64,000 bases of DNA from NCBI GenBank assembly GCA_965218435.1, contig CBDCKW010000009.1, forward strand, positions 256,001-320,000, in the 5' to 3' direction. The DNA comes from Truepera sp. (GTDB taxonomy: Bacteria; Deinococcota; Deinococci; Deinococcales; Trueperaceae). The notes below the pieces were generated by a model that had not been told where the DNA came from, ran no database searches, and saw only the letters and a program-made list of their open reading frames with translations. This document shows positions 49,359-58,273 of this stretch, one piece after another. The position numbers were made by a program, and so were the translations under genes. How positions within the stretch are numbered: position 1 is the first letter of the stretch; every line of letters begins with the position of its first letter.

Positions 49359-49510
49359 TAGTGAATAAGCCGTAGCTTGGCGCGTACATTCTGGGATGAT
49401 ACTTGCGAGAACCTGGCTCAGTAACTGCAACGCTACATGGTCAAACTAAAAACGGGCAGGTCGGCTTTACGCTACCTGCCCGCGGCTTATTGCGACCTTG
49501 GCCGCTCGAG

Positions 49511-49987
49511 TTACTCGACGCTTACGTTGACGACGGTGTACTGCGTCTGCTTACGCCCCATCTTAAGCTTGATGTGGTCGCCGCTCCGCCGACCGAGCAG
49601 TTGGCGGCCCAGCGGGGACTCGTCCGAGATGCGGTTGTCCAAAATGTCCGCTTCGTGCGTGCCGACGAGCTGATAGGTAACTTGAGCTCCCGCTTCGTCT
49701 TCTAGCACGAGACTTGCGCCGAGCCGAGCAACCGCCTCTTCACCGGCCTTGGCTTCAACGACTACGGCGCGGTGAATGATCTCTTCTAGGTCGGCAATCC
49801 GCGCTTCGTTGGCGCTCTGCTCCATCCGGGCCTCGTCGTAGGCGGCGCTTTCGCGGAGGTCGCCGTCGGCGATGGCGGTGCCCATATTATCTGAAATCTG
49901 CTGCCGTTTGACCTCGACTAAGTACTTGAGTTCTTCTTTGATCTTTTCAAACCCCTGCGGGGTAAGCTGTACGGGTTTTTTTGTCAT
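49511..49987 (-). CDS. greA: Transcription elongation factor GreA
   Basis: DGDLRESAAYDEAR acidic tip; ISDESPLGRQLLG. Confidence 0.9.
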   Translation of the reverse strand: MTKKPVQLTPQGFEKIKEELKYLVEVKRQQISDNMGTAIADGDLRESAAYDEARMEQSANEARIADLEEIIHRAVVVEAKAGEEAVARLGASLVLEDEAGAQVTYQLVGTHEADILDNRISDESPLGRQLLGRRSGDHIKLKMGRKQTQYTVVNVSVE

Positions 49988-50199
49988 GATGCAACCTTTC
50001 GATCATATTGGCCCAAGACATATTGGCCTTAGACCACAACAGGTCATTATACAGGCCACCACAAGGCGCTCGGGCTCCTTTGCAAAGGCGACGTATAGAA
50101 CAGCCTAAAGGCCGCGAAGTGGTATAAGATACCCGCCATTAGGTAGGTAGACACCTAGATTAATAGGCGCTGAGATAATAGGCACTAAGGAGGCCAACT

Positions 50200-50664
50200 G
50201 TGACGCAAACGGTTCAGCTGACGAAAAAGGGGCTCGAGAGACTTCAGTTACAGCTCAGAGACGAACAGGGGCGGCTCGAGGAGGCGACGAGCATCTTACA
50301 AGAGCTGACGAGCTCGTCAGACGATTACGAAGATTCGGGGCTCGAGGACGCACGCGTTGAAAAAGCGCGGCTCGAGGCGCGGGTGGACGACCTCGAAGAC
50401 CAGCTTCGCCGCGCCGTGGTGATCCCTGACCACGCCCGCACCCAAGCAGATTTAGGCTCGGTGGTCACGCTCAAAAGCGGCGCGGAAACGCTCTCGGTTC
50501 AGCTTGTCTCGCCTGTTGAAGCTGGGATTGCCGAAGAAGACATTCCGCATATCTCGGACGCTTCACCGCTCGGTAAGGCCCTCCTCGGGCGCAAAGTCGG
50601 GGAAAAGTTTGGCGTCAAGACCAGCCGTGGCATGACCGAATACGAGGTGCTCGAGCTTCACTAG
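50200..50664 (+). CDS. gfh1: Gre-factor homolog Gfh1
   Basis: ILQELTSSSDDYEDSGLEDAR tip characteristic of Deinococcota Gfh1; ISDASPLGKALLG. Confidence 0.8.
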   Translation: MTQTVQLTKKGLERLQLQLRDEQGRLEEATSILQELTSSSDDYEDSGLEDARVEKARLEARVDDLEDQLRRAVVIPDHARTQADLGSVVTLKSGAETLSVQLVSPVEAGIAEEDIPHISDASPLGKALLGRKVGEKFGVKTSRGMTEYEVLELH

Positions 50665-50863
50665 CTTCTGCTGAGCGTCTACCGTCAGCTGGCAGCGTCT
50701 GCCGTGTGCGCTCCCGAAAAAGTCAGAATTCAGCATACAGAAGTCAGAAGTGAGCGGCTTGGCAAAGATGAGAGCGAACGTCAGCCTATCTTCGCGTACC
50801 CAGCTTCTTGAAAGCTACTTTTAAGGATGCTGGGACACGCAAAACTGCGGGGTAGACTGACGT

Positions 50864-52360
50864 ATGGCCCAACCCGAACAAAAGTCCTTGGCTGAACAGC
50901 GCGAACAGCGGCTCAGAAACCTCGAGTCGCTGCGTGAGCGCGGTTTTGACCCTTACCCTTATGCTTATAGTCCAACGCACACCGCCGCCGAGCTGCACCA
51001 AGCGCACCCTAAAGATGGGCTTACGCCGGGCGAGCACTTTGACGAAAGCGTCACGGTTGCAGGCCGCGTCATGCTTTTACGGGGGATGGGTAAGGCGAGT
51101 TTTGCGACGCTGCAAGACGCCTCGGGGCAGCTTCAGGCGTACTTTCAAAAAGATGCGCTGAGCGAGTACAATGCGCTTAAAAAGGTTGATTTGGGCGACT
51201 GGCTCGAGGTCACCGGCCCTTTGTTCGTCACCAAAACCGGCGAGTTGACCGTGCAAGCCACCGCGTTTCGTCCCCTCGTCAAGTCGCTGCGCCCGCTGCC
51301 CGACAAGTATCACGGCTTGAGCGACAAAGAGGCGCGTTACCGCCAACGTCACCTCGACCTGCTGCTCTCACCCGAGGTCAAACGGGCGTTCGTGCTGCGT
51401 TCGCGGGCAGTTTCGTTTATCCGCCGTTACCTGGACGACCTGGGCTTTTTAGAGGTTGAAACGCCGGTCTTGCAAGGCGTTCCCGGCGGCGCTGAAGCGC
51501 GGCCCTTTGTCACGCACCATAACGCTTTGGACCACGACTTTCACCTGCGGATTTCTTTAGAGCTTTATCTCAAACGCCTGATTGTCGGCGGCTTTGACGC
51601 GGTGTATGAGCTTGGCCGTAACTTTCGTAACGAGGGGATAGATTACAAGCACAACCCTGAGTACACGATGCTCGAGCTGTACTGGGCGGGCCGCGACTAT
51701 CTAGACATTTTGGCGCTCGTCGAAGACATGTACAGCAAACTTATCCAAGAACTGACCGGTTCGGTGAAGCTCGGTTATCAAGGAGCGACGCTCGACTTTA
51801 CCCCGCCGTGGCCGCGCGTAGATTACACCACTGAGTTGGAAAAACGTGCCGGGTTAGACTTTAGCTTGCTCGACGAAGCTAAACTGCGGGCGTGGGTTCG
51901 TGAGCACCATCCGGCTAACGGGGGAGAGGCGCTTGCCGACCGGCCCATCGGCGAGGTCTACAACAAGCTCTACGATATCTACCTCGAGCCGCACCTAGAG
52001 CAGCCCACTTTTGTGATGGGCCACCCGCTAGCGATCAGTCCGTTAGCCAAAGCTCACCGCTCGCGCCCCGGTTTAGTCGAACGCTTTGAACCGGTCTGCG
52101 CGGGGATGGAACTTGGCAACGCCTTTAGTGAGCTCAACGACCCGGTTGATCAGCGGCGGCGTTTTGAAGCGCAGCAGTCTTTACGCGACGCCGGTGATGA
52201 CGAGGCGCAGCAACTCGACGAAGACTTTTTGGTGGCGCTCGAGTACGGGATGCCGCCAACCGGCGGTTTAGGGCTTGGGATTGACCGTCTGGCGATGCTC
52301 TTAGCCGACGCGCCGAGTATCCGGGACGTCATCTTGTTCCCACTCTTAAAACCGGAGTAA
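50864..52360 (+). CDS. lysS: Lysine--tRNA ligase (class II)
   Basis: LPDKYHGL..RYRQRHLDL, LRISLELYLKRL, FRNEG, EYGMPPTGGLGLGIDRL. Confidence 0.97.
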   Translation: MAQPEQKSLAEQREQRLRNLESLRERGFDPYPYAYSPTHTAAELHQAHPKDGLTPGEHFDESVTVAGRVMLLRGMGKASFATLQDASGQLQAYFQKDALSEYNALKKVDLGDWLEVTGPLFVTKTGELTVQATAFRPLVKSLRPLPDKYHGLSDKEARYRQRHLDLLLSPEVKRAFVLRSRAVSFIRRYLDDLGFLEVETPVLQGVPGGAEARPFVTHHNALDHDFHLRISLELYLKRLIVGGFDAVYELGRNFRNEGIDYKHNPEYTMLELYWAGRDYLDILALVEDMYSKLIQELTGSVKLGYQGATLDFTPPWPRVDYTTELEKRAGLDFSLLDEAKLRAWVREHHPANGGEALADRPIGEVYNKLYDIYLEPHLEQPTFVMGHPLAISPLAKAHRSRPGLVERFEPVCAGMELGNAFSELNDPVDQRRRFEAQQSLRDAGDDEAQQLDEDFLVALEYGMPPTGGLGLGIDRLAMLLADAPSIRDVILFPLLKPE

Positions 52361-52529
52361 AGCAGGAATTCTTAGACCTGCACCAGCCTTGTAATTACAC
52401 GGCTGACAATAGTCTATAGCTACTTTCGTAGGCAACCGTAGCACCAAGGTTTGTGCAAGGCTACTTTTAGCGTAAAGATGCTCGGTGCAGACTTTTCTGG
52501 TATAACGCGGCAAATACTGAGCAACAGCT

Positions 52530-52564
52530 AAAAAACGGAGGTAGAGTCTTAAGCTCTACCTCCG
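52530..52564 (-). terminator. Intrinsic terminator
   Basis: CGGAGGTAGAG-loop-CTCTACCTCCG with an A-tract on the left. Confidence 0.75.
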
Positions 52565-52607
52565 CCTGCTGCGTTATACTTGGCCTCTTTTTTACTGCTT
52601 TACGGTT

Positions 52608-53576
52608 CTAGCGATACTTGGAGAATTGCGAGTGGCGCTTGAACCAGTTGTCGCGTGCTTTTTCCCAAACGTGCTTGTCAGTCGTGACCTTAAAGCAGCT
52701 CGAGCTGTTGCGCTTGAGGTAGCTGAGGTAGCTTTTGCTGCCCCCGGTATAAACAATCGTGTTGTTCCGGCACGAGCCGCCGTTAAGAACTTTTTTCTCG
52801 ATCTTGCCGCCGTCGCGGTTAGGCAAGTAGAAGACGTTGTCGCTCAGGTTGAGCTTGCAGTAGTTTTTGCTGCGAAAGGTTACCTTGAAAAGGTCGTTGC
52901 TACGGCCTTTAAGTGAAATCAAGGTGTTTTTAACGTTGAAGTTATATCTACGTGGCTTACCCCTGCCTTCTGCGCGGCAAGATAAACCGGTGAAAGCACT
53001 GTCAATCAGTACATTGTCAGCAGTACCGGAGCTATAACGGTCGTTTTCGATGCCGTCGTCACCTGCACGGCCAACATACGAATTCTGGAAAGTCCAGTTC
53101 GGCATGTTTTCCTTGACCGTAAAGCCGTCACCGACGATTCTTCCGCCTACCCCTATCGCAGCGTTTTCAAGTGTGAGGTTAGGTGTATCACGAAACCAAA
53201 AGGCCGCCCTACTGTGATTGAAAGCCCAAGGCGCTGAGAGGCGTGCGCCGGTTACATAGGTTCCGCCCGAAATGCAGAGGAAACCGTGGTTGTAAGCGCC
53301 GACAAAAGCATTCTTTTTATCATTAAAAGTCACGCCACGCGCATCAACAATAACGTTTTTCTTTCTGAATACGCGGCCTTGATGGTTATTCCTCATATTG
53401 ATTTTATTACCGTGGCGGTTAAGGCAGCTGCTCGCCTGCGGCGCAAGCTCGTCTTGAGTCGGCGTGCTCGTATTGAGACCGCTGCTACAAGCTGCTAGCA
53501 GCAGGGCTACGCCGGAAACCGTAAGGTACTTTAGCCAGCCTCGAGTACGTTTTACCTCTGGTGTGAGGTTCGTCAT
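52608..53576 (-). CDS. Basic lipoprotein, probable right-handed beta-helix fold
   Basis: LAAC lipobox; GDGFTVK, AGDDGIENDRYSSGTADNVLIDSAFTGLS repeats typical of beta-helix polysaccharide-active proteins. Confidence 0.65.
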   Translation of the reverse strand: MTNLTPEVKRTRGWLKYLTVSGVALLLAACSSGLNTSTPTQDELAPQASSCLNRHGNKINMRNNHQGRVFRKKNVIVDARGVTFNDKKNAFVGAYNHGFLCISGGTYVTGARLSAPWAFNHSRAAFWFRDTPNLTLENAAIGVGGRIVGDGFTVKENMPNWTFQNSYVGRAGDDGIENDRYSSGTADNVLIDSAFTGLSCRAEGRGKPRRYNFNVKNTLISLKGRSNDLFKVTFRSKNYCKLNLSDNVFYLPNRDGGKIEKKVLNGGSCRNNTIVYTGGSKSYLSYLKRNSSSCFKVTTDKHVWEKARDNWFKRHSQFSKYR

Positions 53577-54524
53577 ATTCAATATCCTTTTCCTCTCCGC
53601 TGCTCTGTTTAGACGCACACTTACCACATCCCTCAGACCAGCATTGATTGGGGAGACTTTTGTGTTGTGGAAACCGACTTTTTTGTCTGCGAATCCAGCG
53701 AGCACGTTGTTTGGTTCTGGTTAAGGGGAGGCCATCCGCTCAACACCTCTATGAACTTATCGTGTGCTCTTATGAAGATTATTAACCTTTTATGATCAAA
53801 GTATGAAAACATGCTCTCTACACCTTCATAGAAAGTACGACGCTGCCGATGAACGGCTGCTTTGTCGGGTCTTTTAGTCGTTTAGAGGCGTACTCATTTT
53901 CGGGTGAACGGACGCTGTTTTATCAAGTAGCTCATTACCAAATGTCTGGTAGAACGCTCCAACCGAACCGGGCTCAAAGCTTGGACTTTAAGCTTTGAGT
54001 GGTACCCAACTTATCTGAGTCGTCTCGTCTCCCGAAACCATGACGCCTTTGTCTGATACAGGGGTGATAATACAAGGGTGATCTAAATGCTCAACGCACC
54101 TTAGCATGAGAGGTTGTAAGAAACCCTACCCCGATTAAAGACTTTAGCTTCGCGTTTCCGGTTTACCAAGAACGGTTAGACAAGATGTCCGAATTGTAAA
54201 AACGCGCTTACACCGGTCTCTTCAACCGTTTTAATACTAAGTTTCTCCAGTTTAGACAGGCTTAGAGTCTTTTCCGAATTAGCGTAAGAAGCTTTCTGAA
54301 CTGCTCGTGGCAACTCAACCTTGATATACGGTTATGCCGCTTCTTAAAAATTATTTGGCCGGCTCGAGCCGGCCTCACTACATGGAAAACCTACCGAGAA
54401 ACGCTCTCTTATCAAAACTTTTTTGGCTATCCTTATAGCTGGGTTTAGTCTCGAGGTAAGAGCTTAGCGCAGCGTTGTGCAGGTCGCGTCCCCTGCTGAG
54501 AAAACGCGGTTTATGCTTGAACCC

Positions 54525-55979
54525 ATGACGCTTAAAGATAAGACGATGCATACCCCCGAATGGGTAAAAAACGCGGTGTTTTATCAGATATTTCCCGACC
54601 GCTTTGCGAAAAGTGACCGCGTTGCCAAAGCGAGCCATTTAGAAGCTTGGGACACGCCGCCGACTACGCGCGGCTACAAAGGGGGCGACCTTTTAGGCGT
54701 CGCTGAACGTTTGGACTACCTGCAAGACTTGGGCGTTACGGCACTCTACTTTAACCCGGTCTTTCAGTCAGGCTCGAATCACCGCTATCACACCCACGAC
54801 TACACCCAAGTTGACCCGATGTTAGGCGGCAATAGTGCGCTCCGTGAGCTGTTAGACGCGGCCCACGCACGCGACATAAAGGTCGTGCTAGACGGTGTAT
54901 TTAACCACGCCAGCCGAGGTTTTTTCCAGTTTCACGACATCCTCGAGAACGGCCCGCAGAGCGCCTACTTAGATTGGTTTCACGTCCGTTCATTTCCGCT
55001 TTACGCCTATCATGACGACAAGCACCCGGGCTATTCGGCGTGGTGGAACCTGCCCGCGCTGCCTAAGTTTAATACCGGCACAGAGGCCGTCCGCGAATTC
55101 TTGTGGGACGTCGGGACGAGGTGGTTGGAGTTCGGGATTGACGGCTGGCGTTTAGACGTCCCTAACGAAATCGGGGACGACACCTTCTGGCAGGAGTTTC
55201 GCCGCCGCTGCCGCGCGGTCAATCCGGAGTGCTATATCGTCGGTGAAATCTGGGACGACGCGGGCCACTGGCTGCAAGGCGACCAGTTCGACGCGGTGAT
55301 GAACTATCCCTTTACGCGGGCGGCGTTTGGTTTTACAGCGGCCCGGACCCTAAAGCACAGCGAAATCCGCCGCTGCGGGTATCAGCACATCGCCCCACTT
55401 GACGCGCCCGCCTTTGCCCATGAGGTCGAGGCGCTCTTAACGCAGCACCGCCCGGAAGCGACCGAGGTACAGCTCAACTTGCTCGGCAGTCACGACACAC
55501 CCAGAGCCCTCACCGTGGTTGGCGGCGACGAGGCGGCGCTGCGGCTCTCACTCTTTTTGCTCCTAACGTTTCCAGGAGCCCCTTGCCTTTACTACGGTGA
55601 CGAATTGGGGCTCGAAGGTGGGCACGATCCGGAATGCCGTCAGGCGATGCCGTGGAGCCAGCCGCAATGCTGGAACGAGGTGCTCAGAGACTATCTCAAA
55701 ACACTGGTGGCCCTGCGGCACCGTTACCCGGCGCTGCGTAGTGGAGCATTTAGAACGCTCTACGCTGAGGGCGGCGTCTATGCATTTGAGCGCGGGACTG
55801 GCGACGAACGGCTGGTCGGTGTCCTTAACGTAGCTGATGAGCCCTTGAGCTTCGCCCTCGAGGTTCAAGGAGACAACGTAGAAGCTCTGTTAGCTGGGGG
55901 AGAGGAGGCTACACTGCAGGTAAACGCCCTGAGCGGCACAGTGGCGGGGCGCTCGAGCCTCCTCTTTCGGGTGTCATAA
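54525..55979 (+). CDS. GH13 neopullulanase/cyclomaltodextrinase-like glycosidase
   Basis: FYQIFPDRFA, DGVFNH, IDGWRLDVPNE, GEIW, LGSHD. Confidence 0.92.
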   Translation: MTLKDKTMHTPEWVKNAVFYQIFPDRFAKSDRVAKASHLEAWDTPPTTRGYKGGDLLGVAERLDYLQDLGVTALYFNPVFQSGSNHRYHTHDYTQVDPMLGGNSALRELLDAAHARDIKVVLDGVFNHASRGFFQFHDILENGPQSAYLDWFHVRSFPLYAYHDDKHPGYSAWWNLPALPKFNTGTEAVREFLWDVGTRWLEFGIDGWRLDVPNEIGDDTFWQEFRRRCRAVNPECYIVGEIWDDAGHWLQGDQFDAVMNYPFTRAAFGFTAARTLKHSEIRRCGYQHIAPLDAPAFAHEVEALLTQHRPEATEVQLNLLGSHDTPRALTVVGGDEAALRLSLFLLLTFPGAPCLYYGDELGLEGGHDPECRQAMPWSQPQCWNEVLRDYLKTLVALRHRYPALRSGAFRTLYAEGGVYAFERGTGDERLVGVLNVADEPLSFALEVQGDNVEALLAGGEEATLQVNALSGTVAGRSSLLFRVS

Positions 55980-56066
55980 AGCCTCACCAACCGACGAAGT
56001 TAGGCTAGGTATTAGACAAACCAGTAAGGGCGTCGCCCACGCATTCTGACTACCCCGTCCAAACGC

Positions 56067-56096
56067 AAAAAAGAAGCGCAGGTGTCTTTGCGCTTC
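56067..56096 (-). terminator. Intrinsic terminator after P-II gene
   Basis: GAAGCGCA-loop-TGCGCTTC with an A-tract on the left. Confidence 0.65.
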
Positions 56097-56131
56097 CTTA
56101 TCCGCAACTTTTTGTAAGCCTCGCCGCGAGT

Positions 56132-56509
56132 TTAGCCTCGAGCTTTCCCTACGGGTGCCGGGGCTACGGGCGTTAAGGCTTCACTGCCTTCTTCGCCTGT
56201 GCGGATGCGCACCGCGCGTTCGATCGTCTGCACAAAGATTTTGCCGTCGCCCACCTCGCCGGTACGGGCACTTTTAACGATGGCTTCAACCGTTTTATCA
56301 ACAAACGCTTCACTGACGCCGATGGTAAGTTGCACTTTTTCGTGAAACTCGACGAGAAACCTCGAGCCCCGGTACTGCTCGAGCTGTTCGCGTTCGCCGC
56401 CGTGTCCACTGACACGGGTGATGGTGATACCCGTGACTCCGGCTTCAAAGAGCGCCTCTTTTACGGCGGCGAGTTTGTCGGGGCGAATAATCGCGGTAAT
56501 CAGTTTCAT
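56132..56509 (-). CDS. glnK: P-II nitrogen regulator
   Basis: MKLITAIIRP, EQYRG, ARTGEVGDGKIFV..RIRTGE; coupled to amtB. Confidence 0.93.
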   Translation of the reverse strand: MKLITAIIRPDKLAAVKEALFEAGVTGITITRVSGHGGEREQLEQYRGSRFLVEFHEKVQLTIGVSEAFVDKTVEAIVKSARTGEVGDGKIFVQTIERAVRIRTGEEGSEALTPVAPAPVGKARG

Positions 56510-57906
56510 CAGTCTCCAGCAGCGACCGAGCTGACTAGTACGGGGTCGCGGAGGGTGTCGCCGCTGGCATAGGCTTCAGTGCCGTGTTCGGCTACGTCGA
56601 GCCCGCTAATCTCTTCTTCGGCGCTAACGCGGATACCCATTACAGCTTTAAGAATACTCCAGAGGATGAAGTTGCTCCCGAACGCTACCAGGCTGATGAC
56701 GGTGGTACCGAGTGCCTGAACGAGCAGAGGAGAAAAGCCGCCGCCATAAAAAAGGCCGTCGCTCGCACCGAGTGAGGCGAGTCCAAACAGTCCTAACGAC
56801 ATTGTGCCCCACATGCCGCAGATGCCGTGAACTGCAATTGCGCCGACCGGATCGTCAATTTTGTTCGCGTCGAGCGTCAAGATACCCCAAACCACCAAGC
56901 CGCCACCGACGCCGCCGATAATAATCGCGGCGACCGGGCTCACAAACGCGCACGGCGCAGTGATCGCCACGAGTCCTGCCAACACGCCGTTAATCGTCAT
57001 CGAAAAGTCGGGTTTGCCGAAACGCGACCACGAGGCGGCCAAGGCGACGATTGCGCCTGCAGCAGCGGCCAGGTTGGTCGTTAAAAAGATATGGGCGACG
57101 AGGCCGGGGTCACCGACGATGCCCATCGTCGAGCCGGGGTTAAAACCGAACCACCCGAGCCAGAGGATAAACACGCCGAGCGCGGCGAAGGTCATGTTAT
57201 GCCCTGGTATTGCGTTGATCTTACCGTTTGCGTAACGTCCGATCCGTGGGCCTAGTACAAGAACTGCGCCGAGCGCCGAAAAGCCGCCGACCGCGTGGAC
57301 GACCGTCGAACCGGCAAAGTCTAAAAAGCCGATCTGTGCAAGCCAGCCGCCGCCCCAGACCCAGTGGCCCAGAACCGGGTAGATCAGCGCGGTCATGACG
57401 ACTGAAAAAACCAGGTAGGAAGGAAACTTGACCCGTCCGCCGATAGCCCCTGAAACGATCGTCGCGGCAGTACCCGCAAAGACGAGTTGAAAAAAGAACT
57501 TGGCAGTGAGGGGGACGCCGGTCCAGCTGAGTGACGAGAAGATGCCCGCGTAGGCGTCGCCGGTGAGCGGGCTCGAGTCCGCCCCACCTAAAAACCAGCC
57601 GCCCAGACCCAAGATGCTGTTACCGTCAGCGAACATAAAGCCGAACCCGACCGCCCAAAACGCGATCGAGGCGATGATAAAGTCCATGTAGTTTTTCATC
57701 AGGATATTGACGACGTTTTTCGCGCTCTGTAACCCTGCCTCGACGAGCGCGAAGCCTGCCTGCATAAAGAAAACGAGCGCCGCTGCGACGAGCACCCAAA
57801 GGGTATCAACGCCGACGGTCAGCCCTCTGACCGCTTCGCCCTGGCCCTGAGCCAGTACGCTTCCCGCTGCAAAAAACAACAGTAAAACTGCAATTTTTAT
57901 CATCAT
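56509..57906 (-). CDS. amtB: Ammonium transporter
   Basis: FFMQAGFALVE, DFAGSTVVH, LWLGWFGFN, DDPVGAIAVHG. Confidence 0.96.
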   Translation of the reverse strand: MMIKIAVLLLFFAAGSVLAQGQGEAVRGLTVGVDTLWVLVAAALVFFMQAGFALVEAGLQSAKNVVNILMKNYMDFIIASIAFWAVGFGFMFADGNSILGLGGWFLGGADSSPLTGDAYAGIFSSLSWTGVPLTAKFFFQLVFAGTAATIVSGAIGGRVKFPSYLVFSVVMTALIYPVLGHWVWGGGWLAQIGFLDFAGSTVVHAVGGFSALGAVLVLGPRIGRYANGKINAIPGHNMTFAALGVFILWLGWFGFNPGSTMGIVGDPGLVAHIFLTTNLAAAAGAIVALAASWSRFGKPDFSMTINGVLAGLVAITAPCAFVSPVAAIIIGGVGGGLVVWGILTLDANKIDDPVGAIAVHGICGMWGTMSLGLFGLASLGASDGLFYGGGFSPLLVQALGTTVISLVAFGSNFILWSILKAVMGIRVSAEEEISGLDVAEHGTEAYASGDTLRDPVLVSSVAAGD

Positions 57907-57952
57907 CTAATTGACCTCCTGGGATTCCGTTTCAGGTGCGGCGACCTACTCA

Positions 57953-57981
57953 AGAATATGCGCTGGGATGCAAAGTGTCAA
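57953..57981 (-). promoter_or_regulatory. Sigma70-type promoter of amtB-glnK
   Basis: Minus strand TTGACA-17 nt-TATTCT. Confidence 0.75.
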
Positions 57982-58273
57982 GGACTAACTAGCTAAACGT
58001 TCAATTTTTTCATAACAAACCGTCTAAAAAACCGTAAATTGTGTTAAACGTTTTGTTACTTGGTGCAAATGAATAATATGATTTGTTCAACGGGTAATCG
58101 TATATAAACCCGTGACACCGTAAACGGAGTCGCTCGAGCGCAAGCAGCCGCTGTTTCAACTGGGCTTGGCTGTAAAAATTACCGGTAACCTTCTGCGAAT
58201 CAGTGGCCGCAGGTAAGTAGGCTGGCGGGACTCGAGCCTCCAACCGGCGCAGAGTGTCATACTAAGCTCTGTT

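Noticed and set aside
49511..50664. Two divergent Gre-like genes as a novelty
   Set aside because: GreA plus Gfh1 is an established Deinococcus-Thermus feature.
57960..57992. GGGATGCAAAG..CTAA resembling a c-di-GMP-I riboswitch P2 region
   Set aside because: It lacks the GCAAACC/GAAA P1-tetraloop part, is on the wrong strand for amtB, and is explained by the TTGACA-17-TATTCT promoter.
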